From Enterobacteria phage 9g: 56,702 bases of DNA. Each line of letters begins with the position of its first letter. Within the stretch, counting starts at the first letter, position 1. Where the stretch lies: the sequence record NC_024146.1, one strand, 5' to 3'. Below, in pieces: positions 8,281 through 17,857 of this stretch. The position numbers were made by a program, and so were the translations under genes. Below the pieces are notes generated by a model, which was given only the letters and a program-made list of their open reading frames with translations, did no database searches and had not been told where the DNA came from.

Positions 8281-9105
8281 TTACTCTGCAGTTTTCTGAG
8301 ACGGAATTTCTACGTTAGCGGCCGCTTGTGCAATATTAGCAGGTACTGGAACGGATACGCGACCAGTAATGCCCATGTATTTCTTCCAGCGAGCGTATTC
8401 CGCTTTGACGTTCGCTTCGTTCAGGCCTTTGTCCAGTGCAACAGGCAGAACGTAGCTGATCGGCGCAGTCTGACCGAGCTCCAGGGTCACAGCGTCAAAG
8501 ATATCCCATGCAGCACGGCACAGAGTACCGACACCTGGCTTGCGAATACCGTTCTGTTCAGGCTCTTTCTTAGCTTCGCGTTCTGCTGCTTTACGAGCAC
8601 GCTCTTCGTCCTGCAGACGTTTCTTCTCAGCGCGTTGTGCGTCACGTTGCGCTTTTTCAGCGGCCTTAGTGGCTTCGCGGGCAGCGGATACACGACCTTT
8701 AACATCTTTCAGAGTGGATTCAATGGAGGAAACCAGATCTTCAGATGCTGCAACGGCAGTTTTCAGCTGATCGTTGTCTTTAACTTTACGTGCTGCCGCT
8801 TTAACAGCTTTCAGACCTTCTTTAGCGGTCTTCAGTTGAGCGGTAACTACGCCTTCAACTGCTTTAACTTCGTCCAGCAATGAACCTTCGTTCAGGGTCG
8901 CGAACTGTTCTTTAACAGCGGACACAGCACCTTCGATCACATTGTAACCGGCAGTGGCTTCGTTCAATGCGGCGTCAACTTTAGCCTGCAATTCACGTGC
9001 TGCTTTTTCTTCAGCTTCACGTTTTTTCTTTGCTTCAGCTTCTTTTGCTGCTTTCTTTGCTGCTTCTTCTGCTTCCAGTTGTTCTGGAGTTTTCTCTTTA
9101 GCCAT
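8281..9105 (-). CDS. Hypothetical coiled-coil protein (Ala/Glu/Lys-rich)
   Basis: 274 aa, ATG at 9105 with GAGGAT upstream; N-terminal ~190 aa are a low-complexity helical A/E/K repeat. Confidence 0.6.
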   Translation of the reverse strand: MAKEKTPEQLEAEEAAKKAAKEAEAKKKREAEEKAARELQAKVDAALNEATAGYNVIEGAVSAVKEQFATLNEGSLLDEVKAVEGVVTAQLKTAKEGLKAVKAAARKVKDNDQLKTAVAASEDLVSSIESTLKDVKGRVSAAREATKAAEKAQRDAQRAEKKRLQDEERARKAAEREAKKEPEQNGIRKPGVGTLCRAAWDIFDAVTLELGQTAPISYVLPVALDKGLNEANVKAEYARWKKYMGITGRVSVPVPANIAQAAANVEIPSQKTAE

Positions 9106-9160
9106 GATTTAAATCCTCACAGTGTGGTTATTGGTTGTGAACTACGTTCTAAGTGGTTGC

Positions 9161-9189
9161 ACTATAACCCCTCTAAAAGAACTATGCAA
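9161..9189 (-). promoter_or_regulatory. Candidate sigma70-type promoter (-35 TTGCAT, 17-bp spacer, -10 TATAGT) for gene 8281..9105
   Basis: On the minus strand: TTGCAT (9189-9184), 17 nt, TATAGT (9166-9161), ~55 nt upstream of the ATG. Confidence 0.35.
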
Positions 9190-9201
9190 TAATTTAGTTA
9201 A

Positions 9202-9924
9202 TTAATTTAAGCCACGTTCTTTTACCCAGACCCCTAATGTATTACTTGATGTATTACGCTTCACACCTTGTGCCTCTAAACGATCCATCATTTGTTTTCT
9301 AAGCTGTAGGATTTCCTTCTTGTCACGAGGTTCACCAGCTTCTTTCCACATTTCGTCAGCAATAACGAAAATAATATCGCGAGTGCCGGCTGTACGCAAC
9401 GTTGCGGCACGTTTTTCGTTTGTCGGTGTGCTAGTACCTTGCCGCTCCCTTGTCGGTGTCCATGCCCCTTGTATGCCCATATTTGTTTGTACGGTTGGGC
9501 CGTCAATGATGGTGGATTCCAATGAACTATCATTCCGTACTTGAATATTAGGCTCCTCCCCCAAATCTGGAACAGAGCTGCCTTCGCGGTACATGCACTC
9601 ACCCTCTTTATTACTAGCAATTGCCCAGTCCGCTTGTTCAGCCACATCCGCATCTATCACTGTCTCCGGTATTTCATTTAAAAAGTAATGGATGATCTTA
9701 CTGATCATTTTCTTTGGATATAAAGCACCTTGCTTATTACCCGTTAAGTTGATATACAAAAGTTGCATTTGCACATCATCAAACTCTTTATACAGTTCTT
9801 CAACTTCTAACGGAAGAACTACAGAACTTTCGCTACAGCATAGAATTCCATACTCATGAAGACGTTGGAAGTTTGGATGCTTGGCTAATACCTGCATCCG
9901 ATCATAATCAATTAAGACGTACAT
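9202..9924 (-). CDS. Hypothetical protein
   Basis: 240 aa, ATG at 9924 with GGAAGGA upstream. Confidence 0.6.
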   Translation of the reverse strand: MYVLIDYDRMQVLAKHPNFQRLHEYGILCCSESSVVLPLEVEELYKEFDDVQMQLLYINLTGNKQGALYPKKMISKIIHYFLNEIPETVIDADVAEQADWAIASNKEGECMYREGSSVPDLGEEPNIQVRNDSSLESTIIDGPTVQTNMGIQGAWTPTRERQGTSTPTNEKRAATLRTAGTRDIIFVIADEMWKEAGEPRDKKEILQLRKQMMDRLEAQGVKRNTSSNTLGVWVKERGLN

Positions 9925-9944
9925 GTTAATCCTTCCAATTAAAA

Positions 9945-11948
9945 TTAAAACGGAATGTCGTCATCAAAATCTGGTGGTAGTTCTTTACCGTTACCAGTAA
10001 GAATAGGTTGATTAGACGTAGAATGCAATACCGTCGTACGGGAATCAGTCTGCTCATCTTCATCAAACTTATTCGTATAACTGCTACCAAACTGGGACAG
10101 ACCATTCATTGCTGCAATTTGTACAACCGGACGTTCGTTTGTTGCTTCTTTCTTACCGAATTCACTACCATCATAACAACTATTCAACACTTCAGGGAAC
10201 TTACCCTTCAAGTTGACATAAATGTGCGTCGGTACACGAAGCTGGCTGACCACATTGAGGGCTTCATCAATGTTAGCTGGGATTGCCAGGCTACAATGCT
10301 CACGCCACCAGTTACGCGCTTTCTTGCCCGCAAAGCCAGTATGGAACAAGCAGATGTATTGTTGGATAGTTTGTGAGCCACAAAGATAGTCGACACGAAG
10401 TGTTGGTGGTTTAGAACGGTCACCCCTGTTCTCGTGGCGGTAGTAACTCACCATATCAACTTTCAACACTTCAGTAACTGGTAAATCATTCTTGATAATA
10501 GCTTTCGTACTAGCACTCGCCATTAGTTTCTTCTCAAAAGTAAACTCATGACCGCAATAACCAGCACGGCACGCTTTATTATTTGTAATGGTATAACCTG
10601 ATCCTTGCAGATAGAGTATTTCTTCATGCGACATACTGCTTGTGTCGAATGGTTTTAACCCACCACAGAAGCGAACTGACGCATGGTTCCATGTTTTACA
10701 TATTGGGCATTCCTTAACAGGTGCAGCGGATTTTCCTTTCTGCCCTGGGCGCTTAGGAATAACAGGGTCATTAATAGGCCCAAGGCGTCTTGTGTTACCT
10801 GCATAATCCAATACAAGACAGTTCTGTTTATGCGAAGCGGAGATAGCTTGCAAACGACCCTCCGTTGTGGTCAAATCAAAACCATCTGCATAATCAGGTC
10901 GTGTACCACGTCCAAGCATCTGAACCCACAAACGGGAAGATTGAGATGGTCGCATACCAATTATCAAATCAAGTCCCGGATGGTCAAAGCCTGTCGTTAA
11001 TACGTTGTTGTTTGCTATTGCCTGTAAACGACCAGCTTTAAAATCAATAAGATACTGGTCACGCAAGGCTTTAGGTGTGTCACCAGTTACAACTTCACAA
11101 CTAATACCGCGCTCGTTGAGGTAGTCTTTAACATCTTTTGCATGGTCTACACCAGCACAAAAGACAAGCCAACTCATTCTATTCTCTTCTTCCGCAATAC
11201 TAATTGCATCATCTAATAAATGGCGAGTTACATCAGGATCGTTTACAACCTTTTGAAGCTCACTTTCAATGAACTCACCGCCTCGAGTATGAACACCACT
11301 TACATCATACTCTTTCTTTGTTTTACGTGGTACTAACGGAACAAGATAACCTTCATCAATGAACCAGTTGAAGCACTCTACGGTACACGCGTTAAATACG
11401 ATTTCATCAAATAGAGCGTTAGGCGCATAATCATCTTTGATAATAGAACCAAAACCAAGACGCCAACTCGTAGCAGTAAGACCGATGATCTTTAGATATG
11501 GATTCTTTTCGCGAATGTGCGCAAAGAACTTCTGATAACTTGTTTGCTGATTTGGACTAATAAGGTCACATTCGTCAACTATAATAATATCAACGTCCTC
11601 AAAGTATTTAGCTTGTTTTGCAACAGACTGAATACCCGCGAACGTTATCATTGCATTCTTATCTTTGCGACCCATACCAGCACTGTAAATACCAGTCGGT
11701 GCTTCAGGCCACAACTTCTTAAATTTATCGTGGTTCTGGTCTATCAATTCTTTTACGTGAGTAATTACCATCATGCGGGTACTACCCCAATTATCGTGAA
11801 TTGTCTTTAATAGACCAGCAATTACAAGGGACTTACCAGTCCCTGTAGGCAACAAGATAACAGGATTTCCTGACTTTTCACCATGCTTGATGAAATAGCG
11901 CAATGTACTGTTTACAGCTTCTTGCTGATAATCACGTAGTTTGAACAT
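9945..11948 (-). CDS. Superfamily-2 DNA helicase (DEAD/DEAH-like) with C-terminal zinc-ribbon-like region
   Basis: 667 aa. DYQQEAV (Q motif), Walker A LLPTGTGKS, DExD-like IIVDECD, LTATSWR (motif III-like); CPICK...C near the C-terminus. Confidence 0.8.
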   Translation of the reverse strand: MFKLRDYQQEAVNSTLRYFIKHGEKSGNPVILLPTGTGKSLVIAGLLKTIHDNWGSTRMMVITHVKELIDQNHDKFKKLWPEAPTGIYSAGMGRKDKNAMITFAGIQSVAKQAKYFEDVDIIIVDECDLISPNQQTSYQKFFAHIREKNPYLKIIGLTATSWRLGFGSIIKDDYAPNALFDEIVFNACTVECFNWFIDEGYLVPLVPRKTKKEYDVSGVHTRGGEFIESELQKVVNDPDVTRHLLDDAISIAEEENRMSWLVFCAGVDHAKDVKDYLNERGISCEVVTGDTPKALRDQYLIDFKAGRLQAIANNNVLTTGFDHPGLDLIIGMRPSQSSRLWVQMLGRGTRPDYADGFDLTTTEGRLQAISASHKQNCLVLDYAGNTRRLGPINDPVIPKRPGQKGKSAAPVKECPICKTWNHASVRFCGGLKPFDTSSMSHEEILYLQGSGYTITNNKACRAGYCGHEFTFEKKLMASASTKAIIKNDLPVTEVLKVDMVSYYRHENRGDRSKPPTLRVDYLCGSQTIQQYICLFHTGFAGKKARNWWREHCSLAIPANIDEALNVVSQLRVPTHIYVNLKGKFPEVLNSCYDGSEFGKKEATNERPVVQIAAMNGLSQFGSSYTNKFDEDEQTDSRTTVLHSTSNQPILTGNGKELPPDFDDDIPF

Positions 11949-12899
11949 TTACTCACCGTAATAATCTGCTGCTTCGTATTGACCACATGCAGCCATCTGA
12001 TCTTCCTTCGTTAATACACCTTCGGTTCCATCTGTGATGTATGCAGTGGCAGAAGCTACTTTGATTGCACATCTCCAGGTTCCATCTTCAAGCGGATAAG
12101 AGTGCTTACAGGTGCGGCAGTTAACTTCAGGCATCTTATTGTTATGACATACCGCTTTGTGGTCACACCATTTGCATTTATAGTAAGACTTACTTTCATT
12201 GATCTTAGGTGGTGGGCATTCTGCCAGTGCAATTACAAATCCACGGTCTTTGTAGCGTTCTGCGGTTTCTTTATCAAACGGTACAAGCTCTGCCCAAATC
12301 TCGTCCGTGTTCTTATTAACTGCAATATAAAGAGCGGCTGGGAGTCCATAGTACAACATGTATTCCTGCATCTGAACATAGTGCTCCCATTTGGATTCCA
12401 TTACACCATTAACGACAAGTTTCTTGAACGAATCATTATTGTGCGTTTTCATCTCCGTTAAGATTGGTGTAGAAGGTTGTGGCATGTCAGGACAACCAAT
12501 GACAATACCATCTATCGCGGAGCCAAAGTGTCCGTTGAGATAGCTGACTCGGTACTGGCTACCATTTTCGTCTTGTTGGATGACTTGCATACCGGCGGTA
12601 AGTAATAAGGCCACGAAGCGACCTTCTTCAAGATGTCCGCGATTGAATAGACGTAAGGTTTTACCGTTAAAGTGTGGTTTTGTTGCCCATCTCCATCCGT
12701 AGAAGATTGCTCTGCTACACTCTTGCCCGATAAGACTAATCCCAAGATGCGAACGGAATCCGCCATCCCCCTCTCTATATGCGTCTTCAATATGCGGTAA
12801 TACTTTTCCGAGCCATACTCTGTAAGCGGATCCTTGATCTCGTTCAATACAGTCATTGAATAACTCCATTGTCTTAGTAGCAGGATAAAAATGTGGCAT
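11949..12899 (-). CDS. Putative PD-(D/E)xK-type nuclease with C-terminal Cys cluster (Cas4/RecB-like exonuclease)
   Basis: 316 aa. C-terminal CKWCDHKAVC ... CRTCKHS ... C (Fe-S/Zn-like cluster); sits between the helicase and the recombinase genes. Confidence 0.45.
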   Translation of the reverse strand: MPHFYPATKTMELFNDCIERDQGSAYRVWLGKVLPHIEDAYREGDGGFRSHLGISLIGQECSRAIFYGWRWATKPHFNGKTLRLFNRGHLEEGRFVALLLTAGMQVIQQDENGSQYRVSYLNGHFGSAIDGIVIGCPDMPQPSTPILTEMKTHNNDSFKKLVVNGVMESKWEHYVQMQEYMLYYGLPAALYIAVNKNTDEIWAELVPFDKETAERYKDRGFVIALAECPPPKINESKSYYKCKWCDHKAVCHNNKMPEVNCRTCKHSYPLEDGTWRCAIKVASATAYITDGTEGVLTKEDQMAACGQYEAADYYGE

Positions 12900-12961
12900 A
12901 TCATAATCCTATATAGAAAAATAAAGCTCCCGGAGGAGCTTTATTATAACATGATTTTTAA

Positions 12962-13888
12962 TTACTGTGCAGCGTCATCACCTTCAGTGGAACGTTTCCA
13001 CGGTGGAGTCTTGGTCTGAGCTGCTTTAGCGATATCGTCCTGGACTTCCGGTTCTGCATGGTTAGCAGTACCAGTGTTCTGAGCTTGAGTTTGCGGTTGC
13101 TCTGCTCCAGGCTGTACCTGCTGAGTTGCCCAGTTAGGCTGCTGTGTGGTTTGTTGCTGCTGCGGCTGCTGCGCACCAGTAGCCCACGGTTGAGATTGTG
13201 CCGCGCTGTTAAAATCAACTGTTCCAGACTGCTGCTGTTGCTGTACCGGCTGCTGCGGCTGTTGTTGCTGCTGCGGTTGCTGGAACCCCTGAGCCTGAGG
13301 TTGTTGCTGCTGTTGCTGCGGCTGCTGCCCAAATGCGCCCGGGAAACCCTGCTGCTGCGGTTGCTGCTGTTGTTGCTGAGCACCACCGAACGCACCACCA
13401 CCAAATGCTGGAGATTGTGCTGCCGCTGCCGGAGTTGATTTAGGCAGGTTAGCCATATCCGCCTTAGTTGCGTATACAACACCTTCCATATTATCAATTG
13501 CTTGATAAATCTGAGGTTCGTTGTTTGGCTCATAGCCAGGTTGCTGACGAACTTTCACTTTCAGGTTAAACGGAATACCGTGCAGTTGTTCCGTATCGTT
13601 CCAGACTGGAACTTTAACAGCACGAGACAGCTCTGCCAGTTCTTCCATTGCAATCTGTACAGCGACAGGGTTCGCGTTCTTGACGTTGTAACCGCCAAAC
13701 ATCACACGACCAGCAAAATCACCCTGCATGATCTTAAACTGAAGATTCAGACGCGCACCGCCTGGAGTTTTAGTCGGTTTGATTTCAGAGTTTACAATCT
13801 GAACAACATACCAACCAGCGGGCATCAAGCTGTTGTGTTGACGCTCTGCGTGTTGTCCAGCGTTAAATTGCATTCCTAAACCGGCCAT
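12962..13888 (-). CDS. Putative ssDNA-binding/annealing protein (DUF669-like) with long Gln/Pro-rich linker
   Basis: 308 aa, ATG at 13888 with AAGGGG upstream. Globular N-terminal domain followed by a ~110-aa Q/P/G-rich low-complexity segment; adjacent to a Sak4-like ATPase gene, as is typical for DUF669 proteins. Confidence 0.5.
   Translation of the reverse strand: MAGLGMQFNAGQHAERQHNSLMPAGWYVVQIVNSEIKPTKTPGGARLNLQFKIMQGDFAGRVMFGGYNVKNANPVAVQIAMEELAELSRAVKVPVWNDTEQLHGIPFNLKVKVRQQPGYEPNNEPQIYQAIDNMEGVVYATKADMANLPKSTPAAAAQSPAFGGGAFGGAQQQQQQPQQQGFPGAFGQQPQQQQQQPQAQGFQQPQQQQQPQQPVQQQQQSGTVDFNSAAQSQPWATGAQQPQQQQTTQQPNWATQQVQPGAEQPQTQAQNTGTANHAEPEVQDDIAKAAQTKTPPWKRSTEGDDAAQ
13093..13435. repeat. 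CAG/CTG-rich low-complexity DNA encoding the poly-Gln/Pro linker
   Basis: Runs of ctgctg/ttgctg on the plus strand (e.g. 13200-13400) correspond to QQQQQQPQQQ... in the minus-strand protein. Confidence 0.7.
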
Positions 13889-14633
13889 TATTGTACCCCT
13901 TTGATTTTGTTAATGATTGCACCGAGATGTGGATATTCCATCTGTCTAACGAACCAGAACGATCTTTACATACATTTGACAGATCTGGTCTTGTCAGCAG
14001 ATAACGAAAATCTGCTTGAGTATTTTGGTCTTTACCAACACTAATCTTGAACACTTCGTCAAAAAAGTATGGTAATTCTGGACCTAATTTTGCACCAGGC
14101 ATAGAAGGACCATAAGACGTAATACCTGTTAACTCGTCCTTATTACGGGACATTTTAGCTGCCATGTATACGTTAAGTCCAGGGATATCTCGAAAAGCAC
14201 GAACCAACGTTTGCATCTTCTCAATGAGATCCCCATAAGCCTGACGCGGATCCTTTACAGTACGCTTCGCATTGTTAAGGCACTTTTCAGCAATCTCAGT
14301 AAGTGAATCCAGCGCAAGAGACTGAAAGCGCGGTAAACCATCTTCACCTACAGGATTGTTTGCAGGATTAGTTGCCCAAACGTAAGCCTGCTCCACATCC
14401 TGGATATTTTCAACCGTGATGGTTGGAATATCGTAACAGATATCTGGTCTGTTTTCACCAAACACACGAGCAATGTTATTCGGTGTTAAAGACAGAAGCC
14501 CAGACTCTGCAGAAATCAGCAACGGTCTTGGAAGAGTTGCTGTAAGCATGGTCTTACCCATACCGGATTCACCATACACAAGCATCTTGACACCAGTGTC
14601 CAAAACTGCCTGCGCGGTAGTTGTAAATTGCAT
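13863..14633 (-). CDS. Sak4-like RecA-fold ATPase (phage recombination protein)
   Basis: 256 aa. Walker A GESGMGKT near the N-terminus; ATG at 14633 with AAGGAA upstream. Confidence 0.6.
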   Translation of the reverse strand: MQFTTTAQAVLDTGVKMLVYGESGMGKTMLTATLPRPLLISAESGLLSLTPNNIARVFGENRPDICYDIPTITVENIQDVEQAYVWATNPANNPVGEDGLPRFQSLALDSLTEIAEKCLNNAKRTVKDPRQAYGDLIEKMQTLVRAFRDIPGLNVYMAAKMSRNKDELTGITSYGPSMPGAKLGPELPYFFDEVFKISVGKDQNTQADFRYLLTRPDLSNVCKDRSGSLDRWNIHISVQSLTKSKGYNNGRFRNAI

Positions 14634-14697
14634 AAGTTGTTCCTTGTGTGGTTACGGTTGCAATACTAGGACCTAATTAACCTGAATGCAAACGTGA

Positions 14698-15642
14698 TTA
14701 TTCACTAATATCTGTTGGATCACGGAAACTTTGATGCGTAGGAATACGCAATTTGTCTTTCATACCGTGAGCAAAGAATTTCCATTTAGAAATCTTCCCA
14801 ATGAATTCATCAGGATGCTCAAAATAATATTTACGTTCTTCGTGCGTAAGACGACCAGCACCTACACGCATCTCTTGCCCGACTTCAATAAGATCTTCAA
14901 GGCCTTCTGGTACTGTAAGCACACGTACATCAAATGAGCCAACCATACCATTTGGAACCATATTAGCTTGATGACTTGAACGATAAGTCTGCCCTAACTC
15001 ATTAATCTGGGCTTCATTCTCATTGGTGCAACCTTCGATGATACGAATGATCTCACCTTCACCATCAGTAAAACGTTTGATGCGGAGATAACCGCCTTCA
15101 CGCTGCGTACTACGGCCCCATTTATATTTCGCTTCAAGGTCACGAATAATAACACCTTCGTACCCCATATCGAGCCAAATATTTTCCCACTCCAGGAGTT
15201 CTTGTTCGTTGTTGACCACATACAGTGGTACAAGTTTCACGTCCATCAACTCACCGTTAGCGTGGCATTCGTCCACGTACTTCTTGAGCATATCATAACG
15301 CTCTTTGTACGGTAGATGTGCAACGTTCGGTTCGCACAAATCGAATACATGCCACGTCCAAACGTATTCACCTTCAATTTTAGATGTTGCACTACTTGTT
15401 TTGCGACATAAGTCAAAGTCCGTTTCGTCCCCAACGGCAAGCTCACCGTCCATACCATCATAAATGGGAGATCCAAACACCTTTGCGACCTGCTTATTTG
15501 CAAAAGATTTAAGACTTCGTCCAACAAGTTCCCCAAACGGCTTCATTCCACGAACGCCGTCAATTTTAGGCATAATACCTACAGGATATTTCTGTTTAGC
15601 TGAATCCCAATCTGTTGCTAGATAAGGTTTAAATCGAGCCAT
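14698..15642 (-). CDS. ATP-dependent DNA ligase
   Basis: 314 aa. Adenylation motif I KIDGVRG (KxDG); ligase-like length and context. Confidence 0.8.
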   Translation of the reverse strand: MARFKPYLATDWDSAKQKYPVGIMPKIDGVRGMKPFGELVGRSLKSFANKQVAKVFGSPIYDGMDGELAVGDETDFDLCRKTSSATSKIEGEYVWTWHVFDLCEPNVAHLPYKERYDMLKKYVDECHANGELMDVKLVPLYVVNNEQELLEWENIWLDMGYEGVIIRDLEAKYKWGRSTQREGGYLRIKRFTDGEGEIIRIIEGCTNENEAQINELGQTYRSSHQANMVPNGMVGSFDVRVLTVPEGLEDLIEVGQEMRVGAGRLTHEERKYYFEHPDEFIGKISKWKFFAHGMKDKLRIPTHQSFRDPTDISE

Positions 15643-16219
15643 TGAAATTTACCTTTGTGTGTTCTCGAACAAGAAGTTTTAACTTCCTAACCCAAGATTG
15701 CTGTTTCTCAATGTTAACTTTTTTCGGTTTAGGAATAACGGATTTTGCTGTATCTACTTTTAATTTATCGTAGTCCATGCGTCGTCTACCTGTTCGCATG
15801 TGCATACCCGCAATTTCATCGCACTTGTCTTGTGCAAGGCTACGGGAATCCATCCTACCTGAATGACCTTTAACATGACGGAATTGGAAACTAAGCCTGT
15901 TCTCGACAATAGTATCCATGAACCATTTATATACTTGCTGCTCTTCTCCTCTCGGTGGACGCTTACCTTCGAACATATGGATAGCTGCTTTGCAATCCGT
16001 CTGGAACAATATAACGTCGCTTGTGTAGATAAGTCCAGCCTCTATACCATGATATAAACCGTTAGCTACTGCAATACATTCAACTACGGTATTATCTGTG
16101 TGACCATGCGCAGGGCCACCGAAAGCCTTCTTACCTCGTTTGGAGGCTACCCAAATTCCATAGCCTCCACATCTAGTACGGTGACAAAACGACGCATCCG
16201 ATATTATCGTGATGAGCAT
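15629..16219 (-). CDS. RNase H-like ribonuclease
   Basis: 196 aa. N-terminal ISDASF...GYGIWV and HVKGHSG (cf. RNase HI ...VKGHAG); acidic residues spaced as in the RNase H fold. Confidence 0.55.
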   Translation of the reverse strand: MLITIISDASFCHRTRCGGYGIWVASKRGKKAFGGPAHGHTDNTVVECIAVANGLYHGIEAGLIYTSDVILFQTDCKAAIHMFEGKRPPRGEEQQVYKWFMDTIVENRLSFQFRHVKGHSGRMDSRSLAQDKCDEIAGMHMRTGRRRMDYDKLKVDTAKSVIPKPKKVNIEKQQSWVRKLKLLVREHTKVNFNGSI

Positions 16220-16645
16220 TTAACCCTTCTTAACAGCGATCTTAACCTGTGGAGAACCTAGAGTTGTGGTCACACATTCGTCAAAGATTGCCAACTGTTC
16301 AGCTGTGAGCTTACGATATGCAGCCACACGGAGTTCTACTTTAGTTTCAGTAACTTCGTTAACATCCACACCAGCTTTAATAAGGTCTGGTAGGATCTGA
16401 CTAAAGATCGCCTTATCAACTTTACGCGTATAAGGTTGAGTAACAACAAGATCATCACCTGTATCAAGTTTAATCTTGTTGGTATTTTCGTTAAGGCCAT
16501 CCGGGAAGAAGACGCTAACCACACTTTGACGCAGTGCGCGTTCTTGCGCTTGCACTCTGGCTAATTCTTCTTTCTTAGAATACCACTTGTAAAGGAGTTC
16601 GTACTTCTGCTCTTCAGTTAAGTTCATTTCTGGTAACTGGACCAT
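16220..16645 (-). CDS. Hypothetical protein
   Basis: 141 aa, ATG at 16645, packed immediately upstream of the RNase H gene. Confidence 0.55.
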   Translation of the reverse strand: MVQLPEMNLTEEQKYELLYKWYSKKEELARVQAQERALRQSVVSVFFPDGLNENTNKIKLDTGDDLVVTQPYTRKVDKAIFSQILPDLIKAGVDVNEVTETKVELRVAAYRKLTAEQLAIFDECVTTTLGSPQVKIAVKKG

Positions 16646-16720
16646 GTTATCGCCCTCGTTGTTTGCTAGTAGGGGTATAATACTTAGAATTAAATTCCTT
16701 GTAAATACCCCTAAATATGA

Positions 16721-17230
16721 TTACAACTTACCAGTAGAACCAAAACCCCCGCGGCCCGTTTCTTCTACAATACCAGAAACAATGCGCGTACGAACCAACT
16801 CCACAAGACGCGCCTGTGCAATACGTTCGCCAACCTGGACTGTATAAGGTTCACAAGAGTCGTTATGTAGACGTATCTTCAACTCATCCCGGTAATCATG
16901 ATCAATGATACCAATACAGTTACCTAAACGAATGCCGTGTTTAAACCCGTGACCGCTACGTGAATAAACTTCCAGGCCGTAACCATGAGGGATCTGTAGC
17001 TTAATACCCGTGTTGAACGTATACGCACGACCACCATAGATAGTTACGGGCTCTGGTTCATCCGCATAGATATCAAAGCACATAGAACCTGGAGTGGCAA
17101 ATCGCGGCATCTGAGCAGTGTCCGTAAGGAGTTCCACAAGTAGCTGTTGCACAGCGCCATCTTGAACCGCAATAGTACCTTTGACAGTCACATCTTTGAT
17201 AATATCAGACATAGCGTCTTTGTTAGTCAT
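16721..17230 (-). CDS. dut: dUTP diphosphatase (dUTPase)
   Basis: dUTPase motifs RSGHGFKHG, GNCIGIIDHDYRDE, and C-terminal GRGGFGSTG (motif V). The longest ORF starts with GTG at 17239; the ATG at 17230 is preferred. Confidence 0.85.
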   Translation of the reverse strand: MTNKDAMSDIIKDVTVKGTIAVQDGAVQQLLVELLTDTAQMPRFATPGSMCFDIYADEPEPVTIYGGRAYTFNTGIKLQIPHGYGLEVYSRSGHGFKHGIRLGNCIGIIDHDYRDELKIRLHNDSCEPYTVQVGERIAQARLVELVRTRIVSGIVEETGRGGFGSTGKL

Positions 17231-17366
17231 GTTTTTCACTCTCTTTATTAAACAGACGTTGTTCCCATTGTTGCTTTAACTGATAATAACGATAAGCGTC
17301 CTCACCAGTTTCAGCTTCCCGTTGCATACGTTCACACCATTGAACAGGACTTTCCTCACAACTCAC
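17223..17366 (-). CDS. Small ORF (47 aa from GTG, or 34 aa from the ATG at 17326), acidic
   Basis: Not in the ORF track (<60 aa). AGGAGG immediately after the upstream stop, GTG 8 nt later; the stop overlaps dUTPase codons 2-3. Peptide: MSCEESPVQWCERMQREAETGEDAYRYYQLKQQWEQRLFNKESEKHD. Confidence 0.3.
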   Translation of the reverse strand: MSCEESPVQWCERMQREAETGEDAYRYYQLKQQWEQRLFNKESEKHD

Positions 17367-17378
17367 TTATTACACCTC

Positions 17379-17840
17379 CTAAGCGTGGCCGTTTCTCTTA
17401 ATGTATTCGTAAGCGTGTGATTTAAAGATTATCCGAAAATCTTCCAGGGATATTTCACATCTTGGAGGATCTTCTTTGTGATGTTTCGCTTCATCAGCGA
17501 AGAGCATGATAGGGTTCATATACAGGACTACGCGCCAGGACTTTTTATTTTGACGGTACATAAGAACTGGAAACTTGTCTGCTTCCAATGCACTCTTAAC
17601 ACACTGCGCCCACCATGTGTTAATTGATAGCTGCTCCTGTCGTTTAACTTCTACCGCATAGAAACAGGTATTTGTGATATCACAACCACCTACAGCACTC
17701 TGATTCTGATTACGTTGTGCTATGGGCTTTTCTGGATAAGTCATTCCAAGAGCGGCGTAAACTTCTTCGTAGATATCATTAAAGAATTTACAAATTTCAC
17801 GCTCACCTGTCTGACCTTTAGTACGAGGATTAGCTCCCAT
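17379..17840 (-). CDS. Putative PD-(D/E)xK nuclease (Holliday-junction-resolvase-like)
   Basis: Start moved to the ATG at 17840 (GGAGA 8 nt upstream); the longer ORF to 17897 would run through a terminator hairpin. Motif ...CFYAVEVKRQEQ (E-x-K) is compatible with a PD-(D/E)xK fold. Function is inferred. Confidence 0.4.
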   Translation of the reverse strand: MGANPRTKGQTGEREICKFFNDIYEEVYAALGMTYPEKPIAQRNQNQSAVGGCDITNTCFYAVEVKRQEQLSINTWWAQCVKSALEADKFPVLMYRQNKKSWRVVLYMNPIMLFADEAKHHKEDPPRCEISLEDFRIIFKSHAYEYIKRNGHA

Positions 17841-17857
17841 GTTATAAATCTCCATCC

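Noticed and set aside
8248-8883. 211-aa plus-strand ORF, with 8540..8770 and 8487..8705
   Set aside because: Antisense or alternative-frame shadows of the Ala/Lys/Glu-rich coiled-coil gene 8281..9105; composition is an artefact of the repeat.
12958-13533. 191-aa minus-strand ORF and the 126-aa plus-strand ORF (13058..13438) full of S/R/N/L runs
   Set aside because: Frame-shadow and antisense translations of the CAG/CTG-rich poly-Gln linker region of gene 12962..13888; low-complexity composition, no start context.
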